From Pecten maximus (lineage: Eukaryota), in assembly GCF_902652985.1 (NCBI RefSeq), contig NC_047032.1:30194001-30258000 (forward strand): DNA of 64,000 bases. The letters run 5' to 3'. Made by a program: the position numbers and the translations under genes. Shown here piece after piece: positions 13,010 to 26,305 of the stretch (its first letter is position 1; every line of letters starts with the position of its first letter). Under the pieces are notes generated by a model, which saw only the letters and a list, made by a program, of their open reading frames with translations, made no database searches and had not been told where the DNA came from.

Positions 13010-14387
13010 GCTACAGGTCAAGCCTATATCCTGGTGACCTTCAAAGGACCTTGGATTACTATACAAATCCAATCTTAAATTTGTTTTTGAAGACTATTTT
13101 TCATTCAATTATCTCCATAATTTTCGCAAATAACACTCTTTTAAGGCTTTAAAACAATCAGAAATGTACAGTTGATGAAAAAAAACACTACATCATCATT
13201 TTTAACAGCAATTTAAGTAAAGAACAAATTAAAAGAATTATTGTAAAAGTTTATTTACCAACTGGAAATAAATGATACGAATGTCAGTTGATATAATAAT
13301 TTTCATTTCCATTATTTCAGCAAATAAAATCTGAAATTCTGTAAAAACCTAATATTTCATCATTACCAAGATTCAACAAAAATCTATTGATTCCTATATA
13401 TGTCATAATTAAAATAAAGTTTACTTCAAAGAAATTAAATGTGAAAAACGATATCAAATCATTACAAGTTTCAGGATGCCATGGGATAGTATGATCTTTG
13501 TACATCGGGCAAGGAGTCTTTTTAAGAGTGATGTATCCCCTGGCAACAGCAAGGTCACATGAAGGTCACAAGGATAGACAGACCTGATAGTGGTGCTGCT
13601 ATAACAATGTCAGTTGATACATACATAAACAAGAGGCTTTCACCAGTATTCAATTATCTAAAATTACCCTATACATCATCTGCCGGCAGTCTATATAGAA
13701 TTACAGTCAATGGTATTTATAGGAAAATTCTTATAAATTATCACACAAAAGACATTAGTACTATAGGTAAGCAATTTTCTATTTCAAAAAGATTTTATAC
13801 AGTATTTAAATATTGATTATTTAGATATTTGATTTAGATTTGTTTTTGTGTTAATTTCATATTTGAGGCATACTATATATATATTTATTTGTTTTAATTT
13901 TCTGGTAAATTTTACAAACCATATCATGACAATATCACCTTTTAATGAACAAAAATAAACAAACCTTGAAAATTAAATTGTCTTAATCAGTAGATGATTA
14001 TCAGAGCAATTAGGCATCAAAACAACTTTCGTTTTGGTCTATATCTTTTAAAATATAATCCCACAACTAATTTCACTTAATCTCACAACACCCTGATGAC
14101 CTTGACCTTGTATTGATCATGCCTGACAATGAAGTGACCTTCACATTGTGCCTATTTATAACCTATAGCTAGGAGTGTGTACCTAGAGTGTTTGTCTAGT
14201 CAGCTAGTACATACTAACTAGTTCCATCTGCTGAAGGAGACCGTAGTACCCTGTACATGTCAACATTGACATAGATTCTCATTGGCCTGTGATGAAGTAA
14301 ACGGCAAAATTGGCAACTAATGAAACAGCCAAAGGTAATTAGCCTCAACTTCAGAAGACACATGTTAGCGACTCAAAGTAACACATG

Positions 14388-14875
14388 AGAAATATTCAAC
14401 CTTGTCAAGCAGCTCAAAGTCGGTCAACTCAAGGTAATTAAGACTGAAAAATATTCAAACTTGTCAATGAAAAATATTCAAACTTGTCAAGCAGCTCAAA
14501 GTCAGTCAACTCAAGGTAATTAAGACTGAAAAATATTCAAACTTGTCAATGAAAAATATTCAAACTTGTCAAGCAGCTCAAAGTCGGTCAACTCAAGGTA
14601 ATTAAGACTGAAAAATATTCAAACTTGTCAATGAAAAATATTCAAACTTGTCAAGAAGCTGAAAGTCGGTCAACTCAGGGTAAGTACAACTGAAAAATAT
14701 TCAAACTTGTCAAGCAGCTGAAAGTCAGTGCACTCAAAGCAATTTGGACTGAAAAATATTCAACCTTGTCAAGCAGCTGAAAGTCTATTAATTAAACTCA
14801 CAGCTAAAAATAGCCAACCTTGTTAAACAGATGAAAGTCTACCAACTCAAGTAAACACCTAAAAATATCCAACTT
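14388..14875. repeat. Degenerate tandem repeat (aaaatattcaaacttgtcaagcagct...)
   Basis: Several diverged ~60-80 bp copies. Confidence 0.8.
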
Positions 14876-15731
14876 TGCACAACATTTGAAAATTAGTCAA
14901 CCATATAAAACATTCCAAAAAGTAGTTGTATCTTGGTCTTTGTTGAGTTTTACATGTCAATATAGAGCTGAGGTATAAAGTTCATAACGCTGAAAGTCGT
15001 GTAGATGCCATCCTAGTCTGTGTAGATATTTTGGTAGTGGATAGAGGCGAGATCGATAGCATGTTATATGTTTTTTACTTCCTACCTCCATCCCCAGACA
15101 TGGAGAAACCACCATGTACATCACATGTAAATTGTCTAAATTGAAAGTTTAAGTGAAAACAAATGTATTTGAATTAATCCTTCCACCCCTCCAAATGAAC
15201 TTCTCAAAGTATAAATCCATACATGGATCATTTCACTGAACAAGTAAATGGGGGATATCAGGGTTAATGGCGCAAAACTTAATTTAAAACCTCATAACTT
15301 GGAAACGATGTTGCAGGAACGATATATATTAATTTGTGTTTTATTAAGAAATGGGAAGTTTTGTTTGTAGTTACCATGTCTATTTAGTATGTTGTCTTGG
15401 CAACAATTTCCAGTCCTAACAAAATCCCTGTAAAATTCTACAGAAATAGATGATGTGATATTAATCAAAAGTCGTAAACTACCCAGTGCAACATTCCCAC
15501 AAACTCTTTTATGATATAATCTACATTTTGACAATCCAATTCCTTACGTCAGATCTGATCCACCTGTAATAATCAGTTTATCTGCCTGGTATTCTCATAT
15601 TGTTTGTAACAATTATTTTGACATTTCAATTTTATGACAAACTAGGTTTTCCTGTGAACTGCTTGTAATAGTTATATGACTATCCTACAACAGACTGTTA
15701 CCTATGTGTTTTCTTAGCCTTCAGCTCAAGC

Positions 15732-16658
15732 CCTAGGTGTCACCCGTGTACCTGGTCCTAGGTGTCACCTGTCACCGGTGTACCTGGTCCTAGGTGTCAT
15801 CCGTGTACTTGGTCCTAGGTGTCACCTGTGTACCTGGTCCTAGGTGTCACCTATGTACCTGGTTCTAGGTGTCACCTGTGTACCTGGTCCTAGGTGTCAC
15901 CTGTGTACTTGGTCCTAGGTGTCACCTATGTACCTGGCCCTAGGTGTCACCCGTGTACCTGGTCCTAGGTGTCACCCTTGTACCTGGTCCTAGGTGTCAC
16001 CCGTGTACCTGGTCCTAGGTGTCACCCTTGTACCTGGTCCTAGGTGTCACCTGTGTACCTGGTCCTAGGTTTCACCTGTGTACCTGGTCCTAGGTGTCAC
16101 CTGTGTACTTGGTCCTAGGTGTCACCTATGTACCTGGTCCTAGGTGTCACCCTTGTACCTGGTCCTAGGTGTCACCTGTGTACCTGGTCCTAGGTGTCAC
16201 CTGTGTACCTGGTCCTAGGTGTCACCCGTGTACCTGGTCCTAGGTGTCACCCGTGTACCTGGTCCTAGGTGTCATCCGTGTACCTGGTCCTAGGTGTCAC
16301 CCGTGTACCTGGTCCTAGGTGTCATCCGTGTACCTGGTCCTAGGTGTCACCTGTGTACCTGGTCCTAGGTGTCATCCGTGTACCTGGTCCTAGCTGTCAC
16401 CCGTGTACCTGGTCCTAGGTGTCACCCGTGTACCTGGTCCTAGGTGACACCCGTGTACCTGGTCCTAGGTGTCACCGGTGTACCTGGTCCTAGGTGTCAC
16501 CCGTGTACTAGGCTAGGTGTCACCTGTGTACCTGGTCCTAGGTGTCACCTGTGTACCTGGTCCTAGGTATCACCTGTGTACCTGGTCCTAGGTGTCACCT
16601 GTGTACCTGGTCCTAGGTGTCACCCATGTACCTGGTTCTAAGTGTCACCTGTGTACCT
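15732..16658. repeat. Minisatellite, 25-bp unit (cctaggtgtcacctgtgtacctggt)
   Basis: About 37 copies. Confidence 0.97.
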
Positions 16659-18049
16659 ATCGACCAATACAATATTGTCCCGTTCAATGTATCTTATTTC
16701 CTGTATATTACTGTCTTATCATGTAATAAGCCCAGGTCCAGGATGTGCTTATATATTACAGGACCATGAAATAGCACTTGATGGTAATTTAACTGAACAG
16801 GAAAAGATATCGGTGGGCTTATTATGTATTAATTAATTACAAAGCTTCAGTTTATGTTTAGATTATGGCAGCAATTAAGCGTCTGTCTAGGAAGACTAGT
16901 GTCTCGACCTCTCCCTCCACTGAGTTCTCAACCAGAACTACGTGAATCCCCATCAGCTGTACAATCCTAGGTCAGATAACACCACATTCCAATACACCCA
17001 TGGGTTTTTTCCCTCTACTTAGGTCCTTCCGTTCTGATTTAATCAAATCTAACATACCCAAGGGAGACAACTGTCAGTAATATCATCTGCTAATTCTTCA
17101 GATTTCTTCTGCTTACTCATCCCTTGATGAGGTTATTAAATTAGGTCTTAAATAAGGTTTTAAAGTCTGTTAAGATCTATGTTACAGTTAGAGAGAAACA
17201 CCAAAAAGTGAAACAAATTCCTAAGCACTGAATAACCTACTTAAAAATGCAGATTGAACCCAAAATTTTGTTGCTAAGGCAATGACAGGTCTGGAGTAAA
17301 AACTAACTGCTGTAAAGCACCAGGAAAATGAGTAACGAGAAGAAACAAACCTTTGATAGTGAGGACAGGTCTTATTCTCTATTATATGTAACAGCAACAA
17401 GGTATTCAAGACAACCAATTACTCCCTCCCCTCTCCCATCCCCCCAATCCTTTCCAACACAATGTATTGGTCTATAATATTATAAAACAATTCCAGATAA
17501 AGTTTATATATATACATATGCCTCAAAAGTAGTTTTCAACCTTAATAAACATACATATATCTCATTTCTAAATCTATCAAATAGTAATATACATTGATTC
17601 ACGTTTCATCCTAAGTCACATATTTAGACCAATCAGAAACTGCCACTTAGAAAAGTACAAATAGTTTTTGTTCTGAAGATCAAGGAATATCTACATCTTT
17701 TTTATTTTTATTTACTTTTATTTATTTTTATTTATTTTTATATTATATTTTTTTTAAAGGGTAGGGTGGGGCCATGTAATAAGTAAACAATCTACTGTTT
17801 TGCTATGACCATCGCTGAAACCAATCAGGTTATTTCTAAGTCTATCTAAGCATGGATGACATTTAAGTATAACACAACAATAAAGAAAGTCAGTATTAGA
17901 CATGGGGGGACGAGATAGCTAGAATGGCCTAAAGGGAGATAACTCAGGCCTAGAAGGCAGTCTGATTGGTCCAAAGATGGTAATATAAACAAACATTATA
18001 CTAGAGATTTGATGTGAGAAACATGCGACTACAATCAAACCTGTCTTAC

Positions 18050-18214
18050 CGCGATGTTCTGGTAGTCATTGTCATGTTTATAGCTACTATAGCTGTAATT
18101 GTTGGTCAGAGACCCGTTTAATCCGGAGGAACTGGACGCTCCCGACAGGGTTTGTGTGGTAGGCATCGCAGCCCATTCCGTTATACCCGCCTGACTAAGG
18201 CCATCCACTCGCAT
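18050..18214 (-). CDS. Candidate alternative first coding exon of CLK (MRVDGLSQAGITEWAAMPTTQTLSGASSSSGLNGSLTNNYSYSSYKHDNDYQNIA)
   Basis: Open 55-codon frame ending exactly at phase 0 in GCG|gtaaga, compatible with the phase-0 acceptor at 12685; locally GC/CpG-richer than the flanking intron. Confidence 0.5.
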
Positions 18215-21200
18215 CTCAGACACAACATTGGTTTTATTACAGCTAAAACCTTTGCACAATTCCTCTGTTATTTCTCACACCAACTTTACCACAAATATTA
18301 CTATTTCCGGCTCGTCATAAAAAAGTGTGAAAATTATAAAACAACGGAGAAAGATCTGTAATGAATAATCCTTCTGTTTACAAGAGATTATTCACAGCCA
18401 AGTTATTCCAAAAGGGTTGAGTAGAAACTCCCAAGATTATCACTGGAATGGTAATCCAAGTTCACAAATTCAACTAAATCCAGTCAGTCATATGACTTAA
18501 ATCCAGTCAGTCATACAACTGAACAAGTAAGCTGTGAAGCTGAAGTGATACTGCTGTACTGTTTCAACAGACAGACTGGTAGGCCTAACACACACATCAA
18601 TGTACACCGGGCTCCACATACATCCCAGGAGGTATCACCATCCCCCAGCACACGAAATTCTCAAAACTCCACAAAAGTTGTGGAACTTCTGGGGAAGCTG
18701 GTAGAAAGTTCCAAGTCACTGGCAGAAAGTTCCGAAATGTAGAAGGGTGATAGAGAATGACAGAAGCCCTCACTGTGTTTCAGTGGGAGGAAGTTGGCCC
18801 CAGGAAAGAGTAAAGTATGTAATTCTCCTCCCAACACTGTACCACAGACTCCTCACCATCCTGAGCTATAAATAGCACACTCCCCTATCTCTGCAGCACT
18901 TCAGCATCATCAGCTACTGGTTGCCACGGGTTCCCCAGAGGATCCCCAGGGGGTGTCAGAGGGGAGGCCAGTGGAGGACTCCCAGGGGGTCACCAACACC
19001 CCCTGGTACCAATTACACACATCAGAACAAGCTGGACAAGACCAGAGTCAGGTTTCATAACACCAGGATCTGATCTAACATCACACTATATTGATGATCA
19101 GCCTACAGGCCACAGTAATCATCCTAGTACCTACTTCTGTTGGGCCTGTACACAAACATTACATTCTCAAATCTCTACCAAATCTGTACAGTATCAGTGT
19201 AATCATCTTCCTTCTTGGGCTTAATAGGTGTCTTATGATTACAGTAAAAATCTTTCAGTCTTTATGAAGTTTTCATTCACTATCAAACCCGACATATCTT
19301 CGACTTTTCTCTGAAATATTCTATAAATATATTGTAGTAAACTTAAATATTTGATAAATATATCATAAAAAAACTTTTTTTCTGAAATATTCCTAAAATA
19401 TATCACAGAATATATGAAATGAACATATATTTCATGGATTTGTTTATTTTACAGCTAGCACTGTCATCTTCATCATAAATAACTTCAACTTGTATGTCAT
19501 TATAGAAATATCCTAAAGATTCTTTAAATCAACTTCTATCCTATCAATCTAAAAGTCTCTTTAAATCAACTTCTATCATGCTCATCTGGCATTTCAGCAT
19601 AAAGTTCATAAAACACAAATATCTTTAAATGTTCTAGTCCTATGACATGGTGTTTCTATTTATCATGTTTACGATATCTATGTACCCCATACAGAGCCCC
19701 CAACTCACTAACTCCTCTTTGATACCTGTGTAAGTTTCCCTCCAGGACCCCCCCTGGACCAGTTCCAAATGACTGTTACCTATAAAACATGCACAGAAGA
19801 TCTCTGGAGTGTAATCCTAGCACAGGGAGGGGGAGTGATCAATTCTGGCATCCAAATCAAACTTCAGCTGGAGGGTTTCATCCTGTATCTCACCACTGGG
19901 GAGTCAATTGGGGTACATGTTTCTGACCACACAGAACCTTCATATATAACCAGCGGACAATCGGACCTACAAATATCTATAGAATAGTCCTTGAAAGTCA
20001 GAGATATATATATTAGATGTCACTATCCTTTATATCATTGGAATATATATTACTGAGGAGAAGTTTCTTTCCTTCGAGTTGAGACTTTGCTGCTTGTCTA
20101 GTTTAATACATAACGAGCCCATTAAATGAACTGGGAAAACTTCTGTTAGGGAGGAACACATCTGATGAATTACCTACTAGACCTGAAGTAAATTCCATAA
20201 TTCAAAGACTTGTGACCAAACTCTTCATCTTAAAAATATTAATCTTATTCCCTCAAATTTGTAACCTAAAACACAGGAAACTTATCTCAAAATGACCTGA
20301 TATAATGAATTACAATATTCCAAAGAAAATATGTTTCCTGTATGGAGAAATTAAAGATTAGACCTAATTATCCAGTATAAATTGTTAAAAATACATACAA
20401 CTCCCCAAAATTATTTCTGGCATAACTCGTTCAGTTAAAACACAGTATAGAAACCTATCAAATGTACACATCAGCCGCCACATATTTCTATAGTAGAATC
20501 ACTGTTCCTCTGCGGAGTTAACTAAAGAATGCCTCCAAACCACAAAAAAACCTCGCACAACCATGGCAACCTACACAATGACTTACACTGGAGTGTATAA
20601 ACAAAGGGATGACTTGTGATTGGCTCAGTACCTACATAGTCAGCCCATTGATCAGTTATCTCTAACTCATGGCCACATCAACACTACCCCTAATCAACAT
20701 GTTTACTACAATAAAATAAAAAAAAAAAAGAAATATCATCCTCATCATCTAAACACTCCTATTCAATCATCATCTGAACACTCCTGCTCCTCTGCTTAAA
20801 AATTATTTCTTTTCTAATAATTTCCTCGCAGGACTGTTAGCTATCTGTTCAAATATCACAATGATTATTTTGTTATAATTTCCAAGGTACTAATTAACGA
20901 TGACAGCTTAATGATGATTCACGAAAAAATTAAATGCTGAGAAAACCCATCCAAACCACTTCTATGTTGCCTATTTTCTAGCACATCGCAATTCCGTCAT
21001 TCCACCTTCCGTTCAAACACTTGGTTCTGTTTTTTCTACACACCAGAATTCTGTCAAGTTTATTGAATTACTCTCCGGCTACAAATGAAATTCTGTTGAC
21101 ACACTTGGGATAGAAGTTTCTTACAGTATATTGAAATCATCTTCCTTAATTTTCTTTTGCTAATATGATTAGTAATACACTTCGCAGTGCGTGGAATTTC

Positions 21201-22844
21201 CCAGCAGTTAATGGTTTTCAAAAGTTACTTTTTCCTCTCATCCATTCCTGTATAAGGGTGTTCTCTTAATGTAGAAGATTCAATACAGAGATAGAATTTG
21301 TCTACGCTATTAAATTAAGTTCTGGGCACTTTGTCGACAAACAAATTCTTCTAATTCCTTATCTGCTTTTAATTTTGCTTCTCTTAATGTTTCCTGTTCT
21401 ATCTGTTAAAATCCATTCTGACTCAAAATAATGTCTTTTGTTGAACATCTCATGTATAACCAAGACTTCACATTGAATGGGTTACCAGTCTTCAAGTGCC
21501 ATCCCATCCACACAAAACCATTCAATATTCCAGTTCAAGAATTATAAGTTGTATTTACAACTGTATCTAGTTCCCATGAGTTCACAACATTTACAATTGT
21601 CTCTACTTCCTGTGAGTTCACAAAGTTTTCAGTTCAGCATTCCAGTTTACTAATTAAATATCAGTTTTTAAGTTCAGTATTCTTGTAAACAAACGATTGT
21701 TTACAATTACTGTCTGTACACATCTATCTCCTTGTTCACGAAATTTGACAGTTTAATGTTTCAATTCAAATGCTTGAAGTTAAAAAATTGATTGCCACAC
21801 AGCCAACTCCTCATTCAAAATAGTTAGACCAGATTCCATTTTAAACATTTAGTAATTCATTCATTGTCTGATCAAATCCCCAGTTCACAAATTATAACAA
21901 TCCTCATATCTCATTCACATATATCTTAAGATTGTCTAGTGATTGGTACCTGAACTTGAGGTTACCACTAAACATGAAGTCAGCATGTCTGTTTAGATCA
22001 CAATGGGAACTCGTGTCTGGAACCCAGACAATAGGACACTTCTACAGACTTCCACCAAGTCCTACTTGTCCCGTGGTTTTCTAGGACTTAAATGGCAAAG
22101 ACCTGAATTAGAATCGTCAAAAATACATGAAAGCTGAACTTTGCGACCTACTCTACACAACCTTGACAACTCTTCCCTTCACATATTGATCTCTTGAAGT
22201 GAAAAATAATGAAGTTTTGGGAATACGAGACGGAACACACATGTGCGACAACCCTAAGCCGAACGGGGAGTTATTATTGTCTAAACTACTAGTCTGCCAG
22301 GCACAAATAATCAATAAAAGGTCCGGCCAGTAGTAATCACAGGATGCCATGTATAAATTGCCTCCATTTTGGGCCTAAAAAGTGTAACGACAGATTGTCA
22401 TCCATTTGTCAGGGTATTTAAATATTCCTGAATAATCATGAATAATTACGTCACTTAACACCTTAACTTCCCTCTAGCACTGGTGTTATACTGTTCTGAT
22501 GATTTGCAGACAAACATCATGTAACTTTATATAATCAATCAATTACTTCCCTCTTTCACTAAATCTTCTAAACATAAAATGAAAATGCCAGACACTGCAA
22601 TTACTTGTAGATATGTCTAAGAATAAATTAATGGAAATTTAAAAGCAGTATCAATTTATATATGCTCAAAACTAATTATCATTTCATATCATTATAATTA
22701 CATACTATGTTACGGTCTTCCATCTGTTTCTTCTTTATAAACTTATCTTTTTTTAACTAATTGGACATTTCATGCTATAAAACTTGACCATTTCTTTATG
22801 AATTAAAACACTATATTTTTGGGATATTTTTTTTGCTATGATTA

Positions 22845-22980
22845 TGTAACCCCTATAAAAACTAGCTAGCTACTTCCTACCGGCTCAGCTATGGAGAATT
22901 TCTCTTTAGCTCAATCGATAGTGTGTTAGACTAGTAAGCCAAGAGCCAGAGGTCCTAGATTTAATCTCTTGCTAAGGCTT
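22845..22980 (+). mobile_element. Degenerate copy of the tRNA-Thr-like, TGTAAC-initiated short element (see 32212-32370)
   Basis: Shares tgtaaccc start, ttctctttagctc.atcg, agactagtaagcca and ggtcct with the 32212 copy. Confidence 0.65.
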
Positions 22981-23331
22981 GAAATAAATTATATGATATA
23001 TACTATATACAATTACTTTTATACATCATATATTTTATCTAGCTAACAGTATCAGTATATTTAACAATTTTCTTTTTCTTTATAGGTTAAAAATAATATT
23101 TAAAATATATTTTGATCAGTTCACTATTGTAATTTCTTTTGTTATTAAATGTGGAAATTTCTTTCAAATTAGTTTAATTACACAATATATTGTAAAACAA
23201 ATTTTTGGAGTCAGCCTAATTTCTGTATGTGTACACAGTGTGGTATGTATGCTATATCCAGCTTCTTTATCAGTTCAATCAATAACATTTTATCCTATTT
23301 TTCCATCATCAATCAGCATATGTAAATTTCT

Positions 23332-23783
23332 TTTGTTTATGTATGATCAACTGACGGTCCTCCCGTACGAGAGCACACCTATTTGTTTATGTATGATCAA
23401 CCGACGGTCCTCCCGTACGAGAGCACACCTATTTGTTTATGTATGATCAACTGACGGTCCTCCCGTACGAGAGCACACCTATTTGTTTATGTATGATCAA
23501 CTGACGGTCCTCCCGTACGAGAGCACACCTTTCTGTTTATGTATGATCAACTGACGGTCCTCCCGTACGAGAGCACACCTTTCTGTTTATGTATGATCAA
23601 CTGACGGTCCTCCCGTACGAGAGCACACCTTTTTGGTTATGTATGATCAACTGACGGTCCTCCCGTACGAGAGCACACCTATTTGTTTATGTATGATCAA
23701 CTGACGGTCCTCCCGTACGAGAGCACACCTTTCTGTTTATGTATGATCAACTGACGGTCCTCCCGTACGAGAGCACACCTTTT
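23332..23783. repeat. Minisatellite, 50-bp unit, 9 copies (tttgtttatgtatgatcaactgacggtcctcccgtacgagagcacaccta)
   Basis: gtatgatcaa recurs every 50 nt from 23341 to 23741. Confidence 0.97.
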
Positions 23784-23999
23784 ACGTTCTGTGCACTGGC
23801 ACTGTCTGTTATTCTCCCATCTCCTAACACTTCTATAGCACATATCAAAACAAGTACAAATGCACAATCTTATGATATCTTATAGTAACACACCTGCCTA
23901 CCAAAATCAATCAAAGAGCAGACAACTCATCACTGACTTTTGTCACTCAATGCTAAGCCTTTATTTGACATTTTGACACATGTACAGTTTTTGACTTAC

Positions 24000-24013
24000 C
24001 TCCCAAGTTCCAG
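24000..24013 (-). other. Candidate 14-nt microexon of CLK (CTGGAACTTGGGAG)
   Basis: Pyrimidine tract plus ttttgacag| acceptor, consensus GAG|gtaagt donor, TGCATG ~30 nt upstream. Confidence 0.45.
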
Positions 24014-24632
24014 CTGTCAAAATAACATACAGGGAGACATGCACACAAGGGGAGGGGTGGGACATGTCTATAGATTTCTACCACATCAGGGCTATAATTT
24101 TCTCACATGAAATTAAGCATTCTCTTTTTTTGTCTATGCATGAGATAGCTACATAAGTTCCATTGGCTCCCCCCCCCTCCCCCCACTCTTTCTAAATGGT
24201 AAGTATTTCTGATATAAAGCTGTCAGTTAACGATCCTCTATTTACTAACCCAGATGTTTTTGCAAATAATATTCTTCATAAAAAAAAACTGTTGCAAATT
24301 GATTCAAATCAAGTATGACTTTTAGCAAAATGATATATAAATGCTATCTTTGTGTCCCTATCATCGAATATAAACCTGTTTTTCTGAGTCTATGTACCTT
24401 ATAGAAAATCACCATGATTAAAGGAAGTAATTATACACTGCACTATGTGATTATAAAATAAGATTATTGTATTTAGTTAACTAATGGAAATTGTTAATTG
24501 GTATATGTAGTTTCCAAAAATATAACCTTACCTAACATCACAAACAACTATGAGCTATTTGTACTTAATCTGGGGTTCAAGTAAGGGCGTTCATACAGGA
24601 ACTATATCTATATTGGTCACAACAACAGTTAC

Positions 24633-24652
24633 CTCCCTTCGACAAGTCAATT
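24633..24652 (-). other. Candidate 20-nt poison microexon of CLK (AATTGACTTGTCGAAGGGAG)
   Basis: ttttggtttttgtgtgcag| acceptor and GAG|gtaact donor; reads AAT TGA in frame with exon 3. Confidence 0.45.
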
Positions 24653-24888
24653 CTGCACACAAAAACCAAAATGGAAGTTTTCACACATATTCAAATTATA
24701 TACAAGAAAAAGAAATTTCAGAAACTGGTATTGTATACATTCAGATTTCTGATGTAATTGTTGTAAAACAAGAGAGGTGAGCTCTATGAGTTTGTACATG
24801 GTCAAGGGGAGGTAACTGTGGTGTGAGAACCTAACTCTGCCTGTGCTATGGTGGGTATAGGCCTACACATGTATAGAACAACTCCTAC

Positions 24889-25156
24889 CTTGCTTGAGTC
24901 AGAACTGAAGGTTGTATGTCTGTGATGACGATAACTTCGCCTTCTGCGGCGCCGATGGGGCCGATTTCGATTGTGGTGGCTGTTGTCACGGGAACGGTAG
25001 TGGCTGCCATGATCAGACTCATCGTAGTGACGACTGATGCGACTACGGCTGTGATTCTGGTAATCCCAGCGATCTCTCTCGGGGGTGTAGGATCGGTCCC
25101 GGTAGCTGTCCTGGTAGTCATGGTAATGGTCTCGGTCCCTTCGCCGCCTGTCACCA
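24889..25156 (-). CDS. CLK2: CLK kinase, Arg/Ser/His/Asp-rich N-terminal exon (SGDRRRRDRDHYH...FSSDSSK), 268 nt
   Basis: RS-like composition; ttacag| acceptor and AAG|gtagga donor; phases (2 in, 0 out) match both neighbouring exons. Confidence 0.85.
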
Positions 25157-26305
25157 CTGTAACAATATAGTAATACATGTAGTAAGTTATTCGTATTCTG
25201 CACTGTATAACATATTCAGCAAACAGATTGATCACCAGTTTTTCTGCAAGAGTAAATTAGGAATAATTTTTTTCTTAACTCTTAATTGGCATTGTTTACA
25301 TTATCCTCATTAATGCAGGGATTAATCTAGGCCTCAATATCCTGAACTCACCTACATTTTCCCAAAATATTGCACTTCATTTAATGCATGCTGTCTATCA
25401 GTAGATAACAAACTTTCTAAAGATCATGACAAATCAAAACAAACTTAATTAACTAATAATAGAGCTACAAATATGTTCATATTTATGGGTTTGCTAATTC
25501 CATACTATATTATATATATGTGTTAAAAGATCTAAGAGGTCTGCTGAGTATTATAATAGAATAATTTCCAGTGAGCAAACATGTCCTACTAGCAGGCCTG
25601 TATTGTTTGGAGTTACACCAGAAATTGTCAGTCATGTTGTTATTTATCTATTTAATTTAAAAATTTATTTTTATTTGTTTTCTTTCATAGGAAGTAATTA
25701 TTTTAGTTTCTGTATTCCTTTTCTATGACTGTTTATACATAATTATGACTGAATAGTATTAAATACTCTACATTACAGATGAAAATGGATCAAAATATTA
25801 CTGTTTTATCAAGCTTTTAATTATATATCTTGAGTTTGCAATATATTGCAATAAATATATCGCAATGTGACAATAAATATCGCAATATGAAAATTTTGGC
25901 AATACAGTGTACCCCACCCTAATATTTTGTTCAGTGTATTTCAAAATAGAAACATGAAGATTAGAGTGAAAATCTATCGTCATTGAGAGATAATTTACTA
26001 TATTACATCTAAACGTCACAAAGTTAACACCACAGTGTTGCTATCCAAAGGGAAGTGGAGCAAGCGGATTGTATTGTTACACTAGTACTAGAAACCTTCA
26101 CACAATACCTAATAAACTATGGTGGAAAATAGGTAACCTGACCGAAAAAAATAACTAAAATGTTTGATTCAGGACTCTTGAACATATTCATATGGTATTC
26201 GGTGATGGTGGGGTGTAGCTGTTTTTATTTTTTACATCAGCATAGCATGTTGACATGTTCAATCAAGAAAACATCATTGTTTTGTTTGTTTAAAAGCAAT
26301 TTATT

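Noticed and set aside
18850-19000. Another CLK first exon ending in ATG|gtgagg (~18856)
   Set aside because: Only a donor-like motif with a preceding ATG; no independent support.
22153-22350. 65-aa minus ORF in a CpG-richer patch of CLK intron 3
   Set aside because: Stops before any phase-compatible donor; no recognisable homology.
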